This document shows, one piece after another, positions 27,392-35,204 of a stretch of DNA of 55,780 bases. The notes under the pieces were generated by a model that was given only the letters and a program-made list of their open reading frames with translations, was not told the origin of the DNA and did no database searches. Each line of letters starts with the position of its first letter. Positions within the stretch are counted from its first letter, which is position 1. Origin of the DNA: an uncultured Candidatus Saccharibacteria bacterium (lineage in GTDB: Bacteria; Patescibacteriota; Minisyncoccia; Phycocordibacterales; UBA12088); contig CAZWNC010000006.1 of the NCBI GenBank assembly GCA_964635195.1, positions 1 to 55,780 of the forward strand, read 5' to 3'. Position numbers and translations under genes: made by a program.

Positions 27392-28129
27392 TCACGCTGA
27401 TTTCCGACGAGTGGCAAAGTATATTTTTATTATGTCCCTTGAGTACCAAAGAACGAATAGTATGCACACAATCTGGACACTGTTCATGTGCAACCAGAGA
27501 GGAGTCGTCTCTTTTAAGAACTCAATGCCGAAACGGAGTGAGAAATAACTTGCGATAAACATACGGAAAGATACGCCTGGGGTATCGAGTGCAAAAAGTA
27601 GCGAAGCGGGTCGAAACTTCTTTGCGTACCCATATCCGATAAGAAATAACGACAGAAACGCAATCTCATAAAGTGAGTTCGGATGACGAAGCATACCGTC
27701 ACCTTGTTCAAGACACCAAAAGTAGTCACACGGTCCACCAACCGTGTGGTCCTCAACACCCATCACAAAACAACCGATTCTTCCGATAATGATGGCGACT
27801 GCTAGCGGTACGAGTGTCCTATCACCCGTCCATACCGAGATGCCAAGTATCTTTTTTACTACCTCGACACCTACGATACCGCCCGCAACACCACCGATTA
27901 TGGTCTTACCGGCGACATAGTACACAAGGTCGGTAGCTTGCAAAAAAAGCACTGGGTCTTCGAGAGCAGCGATTAAGCGACTGCCCACGAGCGCACCCAC
28001 GAGCGCACCAACCAAAAGGTAGAGTCGCTGCTCTTCTTTGAGCGAATCGTGCTCGCGAGAACGCAAGTATAAACGCACACCGACGAACATCGCTACCAGT
28101 TCCGCAAAATAATGGAACAGGAAGTTCAT
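27392..28129 (-). CDS. prolipoprotein diacylglyceryl transferase (Lgt) family membrane protein
   Basis: GKTIIGGVAGGIVG, IGRIGCFVMG (GRxGNF-like) and RHPNSLYEI (HPxxLYE) match PF01790. At 245 aa it is shorter than typical Lgt. Confidence 0.65.
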   Translation of the reverse strand: MNFLFHYFAELVAMFVGVRLYLRSREHDSLKEEQRLYLLVGALVGALVGSRLIAALEDPVLFLQATDLVYYVAGKTIIGGVAGGIVGVEVVKKILGISVWTGDRTLVPLAVAIIIGRIGCFVMGVEDHTVGGPCDYFWCLEQGDGMLRHPNSLYEIAFLSLFLIGYGYAKKFRPASLLFALDTPGVSFRMFIASYFSLRFGIEFLKETTPLWLHMNSVQIVCILFVLWYSRDIIKIYFATRRKSA

Positions 28130-28144
28130 TTCAATTTCAAGTGT

Positions 28145-28540
28145 CTAGAAACCAAATATTAGAAATAACCCGTACACTCCCCAAAAAAATCCCCACCCTC
28201 CGAGAGCGAGCGCAAGTATCCACGCAAGTGTGGTCTTCCACCACGCATCGAACGCCTTACGCGCAAGCATACTACTGCGAAGCGCGAGGAAACCTGCAAA
28301 AATGTAGATAATCGCAGGGATGATCATGAAGAAGTTCTGGGAAAACCCCTCGAAACCTGATGAAACAAGAACCGTCCAACAAGAACCGAAACCGATCACG
28401 TTGAGTACCAGCGAATAGTTGAGGAGTCGCAAGACGGGTGATTTGGTGTTTTCTTTGCTATATGGGATGTAAGGCGATCCTCCTGTACCCGTACTGTTTG
28501 CAGGCCTAAATTCGGGTGGAGTATTTTTATCAGAAAACAT
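28145..28540 (-). CDS. small 3-4 TM membrane protein, paralog A
   Basis: 131 aa, MFSDKNTPPEFRPANSTGTGGSPYIPYSKENTK... It is a paralog of 30592-30987. Confidence 0.6.
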   Translation of the reverse strand: MFSDKNTPPEFRPANSTGTGGSPYIPYSKENTKSPVLRLLNYSLVLNVIGFGSCWTVLVSSGFEGFSQNFFMIIPAIIYIFAGFLALRSSMLARKAFDAWWKTTLAWILALALGGWGFFWGVYGLFLIFGF

Positions 28541-28572
28541 ATAGTATGTTCATTTGCAAGAGTAATGGGGTA

Positions 28573-28601
28573 AGTATAGAGGCACTTCGACAGTCTTGTA
28601 A
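28573..28601 (-). promoter_or_regulatory. sigma70-like promoter of paralog A
   Basis: The minus strand reads TTACAA (28601-28596), a 17-nt spacer, then TATACT (28578-28573). It lies about 35 nt upstream of the ATG. Confidence 0.4.
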
Positions 28602-28771
28602 AGTATTTTGTTTTTCTAATACATTGAATAGTGCCGCTCGAGTACGTGCGTAATCCGTTTACACAAAATATTTACAGACTCAGGAGATCAGGTGTTGCGG
28701 TTGGAGGTTTAAGAAAGTTGTCCCTATAATTTCTTGGCATCCAGCACAAAGAGCATTAGTGGTCCATTGCT

Positions 28772-29998
28772 TTACTGAGAGGTAGCACACCTTATGTCAC
28801 TAGGATACGCATCTAAGGTAACTATTTCCTCATGTAGATTATCGATACAAAGGTACGTTCCGTTCCCAACGTGTGATGTGACAGCATATCTTTTAACATC
28901 TGAACTACATATAACTTTATTTTGAGACTCTTTTTCCATACTACTCATCATACCGGAAAGTTGCCTATCGTCGCATAAATCACTATAATTTATTTCCGAG
29001 CCTTCTGAGGCTAGCGTTGGGCGGAATTTCCAAAAAAACTGAGTATTTGGAATTGAAGTAAGGTACTTTTTTAAAAGATTTTCTATTGTGATGAAAGTAA
29101 TTTCTTCCTGAGTCAGGCTTCTTGATTTATCTGATATCTTAATATTTTTTACAAAATTATCTGTAATTGATACTGCCTGATCGACATTGTCTTCAGTGTT
29201 TTTAGTAAAAATTAAGGAGGTCACTTCTAGAAAAACATCTTCTTCATCATACTTAAGTGGAATAGTATAATATACAGATATTACTTGTTGTTGTTTTACA
29301 ATGAATCTTTCTGCTTTATAACCACCTATACTCACTTTCTCTTCTGTATAGGCTGGTCGGTTAGGCATATCCGCATATCGAGGATTCGTTGCAAAGATTT
29401 TCATATCTTGAAGACCATTCATATCACTAAAATCTTCTTTTGAGAGTGGAGCGACTGAAACCAAAAATTTTTCAATATTCGGATATTTTTCTTCCAAATT
29501 TTTATATTTAAATGTCACGAGGTCATGCGCCTCCCCGCCTGGATACTGAGCTATATTATCTGGATCATTAACATCATATAATTCTAAATCCCATTCAGTG
29601 TTTAGATATGGCAAAGTATAGAGACCCGAAGGGTGTGTATACGTAGCAAAATCGGCATTATTTTCAATTAATGCGCTATCGTTTGTTACTGTGGTTGAAA
29701 AGTATAATACAACAGCAATAATAAAAATTCCGAGTATACCAAATACAAGTTTTTTGTAGGGATGTAAAGGTTTCCGTGCCGTGTAATTTGTGGCGATATC
29801 CGGCACCAATTCATCTTCTCTTACTTGAGTTTTTTTACTGAAGCTTTTTTCTTCTCCGAAAATGGCATTGTATGCACTTGTTATTTCCTCTTCGCTCCAT
29901 CCGCTCTCTCTCATTTGTGGAATAATTTTTTCTAAAGAATTTATTTGCTCTTTGTTGGAATTTATAAGATTAACCAGTTCTTTTGGGGGGATGTCCAT
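28772..29998 (-). CDS. hypothetical single-pass membrane protein, low-GC (likely acquired)
   Basis: Likely start is MDIPPKE at 29998. One TM helix (LVFGILGIFIIAVVLYF) and a large extracytoplasmic domain. Sampled lines are about 25-45% GC against about 50% in flanking genes. Confidence 0.55.
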   Translation of the reverse strand: MDIPPKELVNLINSNKEQINSLEKIIPQMRESGWSEEEITSAYNAIFGEEKSFSKKTQVREDELVPDIATNYTARKPLHPYKKLVFGILGIFIIAVVLYFSTTVTNDSALIENNADFATYTHPSGLYTLPYLNTEWDLELYDVNDPDNIAQYPGGEAHDLVTFKYKNLEEKYPNIEKFLVSVAPLSKEDFSDMNGLQDMKIFATNPRYADMPNRPAYTEEKVSIGGYKAERFIVKQQQVISVYYTIPLKYDEEDVFLEVTSLIFTKNTEDNVDQAVSITDNFVKNIKISDKSRSLTQEEITFITIENLLKKYLTSIPNTQFFWKFRPTLASEGSEINYSDLCDDRQLSGMMSSMEKESQNKVICSSDVKRYAVTSHVGNGTYLCIDNLHEEIVTLDAYPSDIRCATSQ

Positions 29999-30205
29999 AT
30001 ATTCACATACTAACATAGATTATATTGCGGATTAAGGTGATCAGATATATATCAGACAGTTAGCGTGGACAAACTCCCGCGCATACGGTGAAGAAGTTGT
30101 CCATACAACGGACCATTCATACTGATCGCATTTACGTTCGTTTGCTTAGAGCTCAAAGAGATATTCCTCACTCATGTATTGGACTCCTTGTCACTGTTGT
30201 GTGCT

Positions 30206-30517
30206 TTAGGGGTGGTGATTGTGAGCACCTCGTTCAGACATACATACAGAAACTCGCCTCAAGTGAGTTTGAGAGTCGCCCCAGCTCAACACTTTACGTA
30301 AGTACAAATCGAGGATGACCGTGAGATAGCTGAAGCCGTATTGAAGTCGAATGCAGATGAAGTCCATACTCCATGGTTTGCGTACCATGCAACAACGCAA
30401 GAGGTAGGGGTATACGACATGCTCCATATGGGAAACGGGGTCACCATTTTGTCCTTCAGCAACATGAGGAGTCACTACTCTTCTTTGTGCGTATCGTGCT
30501 CGCGAGAACACAAGCAT
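30206..30517 (-). mobile_element. truncated IS3-family-like transposase fragment (start of rve/DDE integrase core)
   Basis: KPWSMDFICIRLQYGFSYLTVILDLYLRKVLSW matches the W..D.TYI....G..YL..V.DL.SR.V.GW block around the first catalytic Asp of IS3-type OrfB. The frame ends about 20 codons later and no remainder lies downstream. Confidence 0.5.
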
Positions 30518-30576
30518 AAACGCACGCCGACGAACATCGCTACCAGTTCCGCAAAATAATGGAACGGGAAGTTCAT
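30475..30576 (-). pseudogene. 5' fragment of the lgt-like gene (33 codons then stop)
   Basis: MNFPFHYFAELVAMFVGVRLCLCSREHDTHKEE-stop. At DNA level it is near-identical to the first ~30 codons of 27392-28129. Confidence 0.8.
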
Positions 30577-30591
30577 TTCAATTTCAAGTGT

Positions 30592-30987
30592 CTAGAAACC
30601 AAACAATATAAGTAACCCTTGCACTCCCCAAAAAAATCCCCACCCTCCGAGAGTGAGTGCAAGAATCTGTGCAAGGACGACCTTCCACCGCACATCGAAC
30701 GCTTTATGCGCAAGTAAAATACTTCGAAACGAGAGCAATCCAGCAAATAAATAGCTCACAATAGGAATAACAATCAGAGAACTTGTGAAACTCTTCCTGA
30801 AACCCAACGTAAGATAAACCCATGTGCAAGAACCGAAACCGATCAGATTGATCACCAAAGAATAACTTAGGAGTCGCAAGACGGATGATTTGGTGTTTTC
30901 TTTGGTATACGGGTTGTAAGGCGATCCTCCTGTACCCGTACTGTTTGCAGGCCTGAATTCGGGTGGAGTATTTTTATCAGAAAACAT
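30592..30987 (-). CDS. small membrane protein, paralog B
   Basis: Start MFSDKN at 30987. The N-terminal ~40 aa and C-terminal ~20 aa are almost identical to paralog A; the central TM region is diverged. Confidence 0.6.
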   Translation of the reverse strand: MFSDKNTPPEFRPANSTGTGGSPYNPYTKENTKSSVLRLLSYSLVINLIGFGSCTWVYLTLGFRKSFTSSLIVIPIVSYLFAGLLSFRSILLAHKAFDVRWKVVLAQILALTLGGWGFFWGVQGLLILFGF

Positions 30988-31009
30988 AATATGCAAGAGT
31001 AATGGGGTA

Positions 31010-31038
31010 AGTATAGAGGCACTTCGACAGTCTTGTAA
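31010..31038 (-). promoter_or_regulatory. sigma70-like promoter of paralog B (duplicate of 28573-28601)
   Basis: It has the same TTACAA-17-TATACT element, located inside repeat copy 2. Confidence 0.4.
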
Positions 31039-31182
31039 AGTATCTCGTTTAAGTCACACATCGGATAGTACCTAGGGTCTGCAGATACTCCGTTTATAAA
31101 AACATGTTACAAATTCACCACAAATCGTGTGACTCGCGCAAAGTGTTGTGAATTACATTTTACTTACTACTGTTTTTTCACC

Positions 31183-31482
31183 TCAGTAAAGTAAGTCACC
31201 ATAGCTTGTGGTCAGTGTGCCCAAAAACATTGGTACGACAAATGCAAGTGCAATAAGCGGTAGGACGAACATGACGACCGACACGATCATTGTCATGAGA
31301 AAATATTTACGTGTTTTTTCGACTGAGGTGTATATCGCATTCAACTTACTATCGAGCGCTTCGAGCGCATGTTTTGTTTCTTGATCCATATGGACAAGCA
31401 TACCATGCATACCCCATCCAACAATTTCAAAAAAGTTCACAACAGCTGGCGCACGTGCGTGTTGACTTGGAAATGGGGACAC
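31183..31482 (-). CDS. small membrane protein (hypothetical)
   Basis: C-terminal TM helix MTMIVSVVMFVLPLIALAFVVPMFLG. The real start is probably MDQETKH at 31389. Confidence 0.4.
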   Translation of the reverse strand: MSPFPSQHARAPAVVNFFEIVGWGMHGMLVHMDQETKHALEALDSKLNAIYTSVEKTRKYFLMTMIVSVVMFVLPLIALAFVVPMFLGTLTTSYGDLLY

Positions 31483-31634
31483 TTCTCAGCACAGCATTGC
31501 TGGCACGCGTGGGCAGGAAATGGCGCGTGTATGTATTGTTGCTTGCCGAAAGGCCCGCGCACGGATCTGCGAGATATAACTATTTTGAAAAATCGTGCCA
31601 CTTACAAGGTGGCGAGTATCCAAAAAATACTAGT

Positions 31635-31664
31635 GGGAATTATAGTATTGATACTATAATTCCC
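31635..31664 (-). terminator. strong hairpin downstream of the tRNA-Gln locus
   Basis: GGGAATTATAGTA / TACTATAATTCCC gives a stem of about 13 bp. On the minus strand a T-run follows 8 nt later. Confidence 0.4.
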
Positions 31665-31757
31665 GGGGAGCAACCAAAAAAGAACCCTGGTTCCTTTTTA
31701 CTCCCGATCGCATACGAGCTTGAGTCCTAGCCAACATCATCGTCACCATATTCCTAG

Positions 31758-31811
31758 CTGCCGGACTAGGACTCGAACCTAGATAGACGGAACCAAAACC
31801 CGTAGTCCTAC
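31758..31811 (-). pseudogene. tRNA-Gln(UUG) 3' portion (positions ~18-73) of an interrupted second copy
   Basis: 53 of 54 nt are identical to the corresponding part of the intact tRNA at 31863-31933. The one change is a C-to-T in the anticodon stem, giving a G-U pair. Confidence 0.8.
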
Positions 31812-31862
31812 AGATAAGCGAGCGAGTGTCGCGGACAAACGGTTATTTCCTTGCGTGCTGTG

Positions 31863-31933
31863 CTGCCGGACTAGGACTCGAACCTAGATAGACGGGACCA
31901 AAACCCGTAGTCCTACCATTAGACGATCCGGCA
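31863..31933 (-). tRNA. tRNA-Gln (anticodon UUG), no encoded CCA
   Basis: The reverse complement TGCCGGA-TC-GTCT-AATGGTA-GGAC-T-ACGGG-TTTTGGT-CCCGT-CTAT-CTAGG-TTCGAGT-CCTAG-TCCGGCA-G folds as a cloverleaf. The U1-A72 pair and G73 are typical of bacterial tRNA-Gln. Confidence 0.85.
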
Positions 31934-31998
31934 GCACAACGCGTAAAGAGAAGAGCAAATGTTTGTCCATGACCGAGCGAGTGATATCTGTATCGAGA

Positions 31999-32018
31999 TA
32001 CCATCAGACGATCCGGCA
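31999..32018 (-). pseudogene. tRNA-Gln 5' portion (positions 1-20) of the interrupted copy
   Basis: TGCCGGATCGTCTGATGGTA is 19/20 identical to the 5' end of the intact tRNA. The sequence then diverges. Confidence 0.75.
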
Positions 32019-32275
32019 TTGTACAAACGATCTACAATACATCACTCACGTTCCCTGTCCCTCTGACGGGACTGCGTTACCTACACCTGCCGTAGTCCTT
32101 AACCTCGGAACGGCTCGGCGATAGATAGCGACCCACCCCATCTGAACGTGTTAAAACACCTACGACAACACTAGGGTACCATACTATGCCATAATTTCCA
32201 GACTTGCAGGGGTTACGGCACTGTGTGTAACTTTTAGACCCACGCATGTGCGTGTTGATTAGAGGTTGACTTCAG

Positions 32276-33145
32276 TCAACACGCTTGTTGCATGTCGAGG
32301 AATTGCTCCCATGAAATGGTTGCACCGGAAGCGCAAGGGTGTCCTCCACCACCAAGCAGTGTGGCCACAGCAAGCGCATTGGGGACTTGATGCGCACGAG
32401 AGCGAATGCTGCACTTCACACTATTACCTCGAACGGTATAGAGAATAACAGCAGAATCAAAACGTTCCGAAAGGATGTTGCCACAGATCGATTCGTGCGT
32501 CGTGATGTTCACCGCAGGTATCGTGTGGGCACCCACCCTTAGCAAACGCGGGGGGATGCGCAAAAAGTTTTCGACCTCGGTGTCGACGTAAGCACTGATC
32601 ACTTGCCCCTTCTCCACCACCTCTTCGAGAGGCTTTTCGAAGAGAGCTCCCATAGCTACGGGATCGTTACGAAATATGGAGAGATACTGTGTCACATGTT
32701 TTGTCTCGGGAAAAGCATGCGTCCACAGATCACCATCCTCGACGTGTCGAACGAGCATCGGCATGTCTTCGTCCGGAAAAAGCGTACTCCAGGTGAGTGA
32801 GGCACCTGAGTGGGAGGGGTCACACACACGCGTCAACTTTGGAAACTGCTCTTCAAGCTGTGCAATCTCGCCACACGCCTGCTCGTGATGGTCGATGACG
32901 GTAACGGTACACCCAAGTGCGAGACATTCGTGCAACCCCAGTATGCAGTCGACAATATACACATGGGTCGATGCCGAAACATGCGTGCGCACCTCTTCAA
33001 AATCCTTCTCCGTGTATGCGTGACTGAGAGGAAAGGTGCGCGCGTGCGGAAAGGCACGCAGAAGGACAGCTGCAGCTGTGGTGCCATCGACGCAGTCCTT
33101 GTGGTAAATACAGCAAATATCATCCATACGTTTATCCAAGACCAA
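32276..33145 (-). CDS. DHH/DHHA1 family phosphoesterase (NrnA-like)
   Basis: DCVDG, IVDC, VIDHHE (DHH motif) and C-terminal GGGGHPCASGA (DHHA1 GGGH motif). Confidence 0.8.
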   Translation of the reverse strand: MVLDKRMDDICCIYHKDCVDGTTAAAVLLRAFPHARTFPLSHAYTEKDFEEVRTHVSASTHVYIVDCILGLHECLALGCTVTVIDHHEQACGEIAQLEEQFPKLTRVCDPSHSGASLTWSTLFPDEDMPMLVRHVEDGDLWTHAFPETKHVTQYLSIFRNDPVAMGALFEKPLEEVVEKGQVISAYVDTEVENFLRIPPRLLRVGAHTIPAVNITTHESICGNILSERFDSAVILYTVRGNSVKCSIRSRAHQVPNALAVATLLGGGGHPCASGATISWEQFLDMQQAC

Positions 33146-33806
33146 ACCTGCTCCGCACCCCTTCCGGTTGTGTCACCCCTTCCTTGACTGACCATGTTCC
33201 ATCCAGCGTATCACCACCCACCCCTTCAGGCACCCACGTGGCGGTAATGTATGAACAGTTTGGTATCAGCAGGTTCTTCCAGAGGGCTCGACGGTACTGT
33301 GCGACCGTGTCCAAACCATCTCGCTTCATTCGCTCTTGCATGGTGGCGATAAAACCACGATGTGTCACAACCAGAATGTGCTCCTCAGGGCGATCGGCAA
33401 GGTACTCGAGCGCACGACGTGCACGCGTGTGAAATTCCTCTAAGTTCTCCTCATCACTATGTCGCCATTCAGGTTCATCGGCATGTATGTATATTTGCGA
33501 CATAGTCCAGAGCGAACGAGGATGCAACCAATTTTCACCCCACAACGAACGAGGACGTCGAAGCTCCGTAAACAGGTCGCACGTTTCGACCGACACGTTG
33601 GTGCGTTCGGATATCGCTTCCGCAGTTTGCTGTGTCCGCAGGTATGGGCTTGCTATCAGCACCTCAAGGGGTATGTCTTTAAAATGCTCCCCTACCACCC
33701 GGGCCTGTGTCATACCACGTTCCGATAGCGGTGTTTCCGGATACTGATGAATGAAAGCCCTGTTTCCGGGAGTCTCACCATGCCGTAGAAAATAGATGGT
33801 CTTCAT
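33132..33806 (-). CDS. histidine phosphatase (phosphoglycerate mutase-like) family protein, paralog 3
   Basis: Start MKTIYFLRHGETPGN at 33806. RHG motif and VVTHRGF second His. Confidence 0.8.
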   Translation of the reverse strand: MKTIYFLRHGETPGNRAFIHQYPETPLSERGMTQARVVGEHFKDIPLEVLIASPYLRTQQTAEAISERTNVSVETCDLFTELRRPRSLWGENWLHPRSLWTMSQIYIHADEPEWRHSDEENLEEFHTRARRALEYLADRPEEHILVVTHRGFIATMQERMKRDGLDTVAQYRRALWKNLLIPNCSYITATWVPEGVGGDTLDGTWSVKEGVTQPEGVRSRFGLG

Positions 33807-33813
33807 ACATTGA

Positions 33814-34467
33814 TTATTCTCCCAAGTGGGCAATATCCATCCATGTGCGCAGCTTCCAATTGCCCTCCCACTCATATCTGACGTTGGTATGCACTTCGTA
33901 AATCGTCACCCCAGTATTTGAACTCGCGAGAGCAGCCTGCACCGTAAGTGACATATCTGGCGTGAGCGCATCACCAAACATGACATAGGAATGGAAGAAC
34001 TTAAGAAAATTGCCATGTGTTACGGCAGCAATACGTTGCTCTTCCCTTGAGTTGAGATACTCCTTCACTGTTCGAGCTCGAGCAAGCAGGTCTTCAAAAT
34101 TTTCTTCGTCAGAAATACGGTAATCGCGAACACCCGCTCGCCAGCTCCTCAGGTACGCTTCATGGGCCTGCACTCGTTCACTGTCATCTCGAGAGCGTCC
34201 GACAAAAGTAGCTGGTAATGATTTCTCATGAAGGTGCGGATATACTATATGCTCTCTTTGCGTTGCTGCTGCGATAGCCTCTGCGGTATCGTACGCTCTC
34301 GGGTAGTCGCTCGAGAGAACGATGTCGATCGGGATGTGTACAAAGCGACGCGCGACAGCGTGTGCTTGCTCCTTACCTTTTTCAGTGAGTGGTGCGTCTT
34401 TGCCGTACAGGATCCCCTCTGCATTCGACGTACTCTCCCCATGTCGCACAAAGTAAATTCTCTTCAT
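33814..34467 (-). CDS. histidine phosphatase family protein, paralog 2
   Basis: MKRIYFVRHGESTSN and AVTHGNF. Confidence 0.8.
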   Translation of the reverse strand: MKRIYFVRHGESTSNAEGILYGKDAPLTEKGKEQAHAVARRFVHIPIDIVLSSDYPRAYDTAEAIAAATQREHIVYPHLHEKSLPATFVGRSRDDSERVQAHEAYLRSWRAGVRDYRISDEENFEDLLARARTVKEYLNSREEQRIAAVTHGNFLKFFHSYVMFGDALTPDMSLTVQAALASSNTGVTIYEVHTNVRYEWEGNWKLRTWMDIAHLGE

Positions 34468-34479
34468 ACCCGAGTCATT

Positions 34480-35166
34480 TTACACGAGCAATTCTGCTGA
34501 TTCTTCTTTATCCACGGTAAGCAAGTGTGCATGATCATTCCAACACAGCAGTCGCCACTTGTTTCGTTCTTTCTCATTGGGGCAATACTTGCATATTGTC
34601 ACACCGGTATTCACTGATGCAAAGAAACGCGCCATACGGTGTGTGGAGGTCGGATCAGGCACACCTTCCGCAAGCATAGCGGCAATGATAACGCGCATAA
34701 AACCGGCATGTGTAACAACGGCAATGTGATGCTCTGCACGTTCCACAAGGTGACGGAGAACATGGAGCGCGCGTTCGTGTAGATCAAAATACGTGTCCTC
34801 ATCAGCGTACCGAAACATCGGGTCATCGTAATGGGCCCGTAAAGCAGTCAGGTAGGACTGGCCTGATGGGTCGGCATGCGGTGTGCCAAGAAGTTCGGAA
34901 GGTGCTAAGTACTCACGAAACATATCATGGGATTCAAGGGGGAGATTGGTTGCTTCACGAATGTACTCGGCCGTCTTCGCGGCGCGACGCATTGGACTTG
35001 TCAGTATCACCTCCACCGGCGTGTTTTTCATACGCTCGGCAACACTACTCGCCTGTCTATGTCCCAACTCGGTAAGGTCAGAATCAGGACCTTGAAAGAT
35101 CTTGGAAAGATTATCGACACTCTCACCGTGTCGAATGAAATACACAAATGTCTCTTCAGTCTTCAT
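34480..35166 (-). CDS. histidine phosphatase family protein, paralog 1
   Basis: Likely start MKTEETFVYFIRHGESVDN at 35166. VVTHAGF is present. Confidence 0.75.
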   Translation of the reverse strand: MKTEETFVYFIRHGESVDNLSKIFQGPDSDLTELGHRQASSVAERMKNTPVEVILTSPMRRAAKTAEYIREATNLPLESHDMFREYLAPSELLGTPHADPSGQSYLTALRAHYDDPMFRYADEDTYFDLHERALHVLRHLVERAEHHIAVVTHAGFMRVIIAAMLAEGVPDPTSTHRMARFFASVNTGVTICKYCPNEKERNKWRLLCWNDHAHLLTVDKEESAELLV

Positions 35167-35204
35167 AGGAGCGTGGTGTTGACAAGTACGGAATGATGAC
35201 ACAA

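Larger units (their letters stand above)
28031..28606. repeat. direct repeat copy 1 (~576 bp): lgt-like 5' end + small membrane gene + its promoter
   Basis: The outer ~150-200 bp at each end are near-identical to 30478-31043; the centre is diverged. Confidence 0.85.
30478..31043. repeat. direct repeat copy 2 (~566 bp)
   Basis: See copy 1. Shared ends include ...cgacgaacatcgctaccagttccgcaaaataatggaac.ggaagttcatttcaatttcaagtgtctagaaaccaaa and ...gcaagagtaatggggtaagtatagaggcacttcgacagtcttgtaaagtat. Confidence 0.85.
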
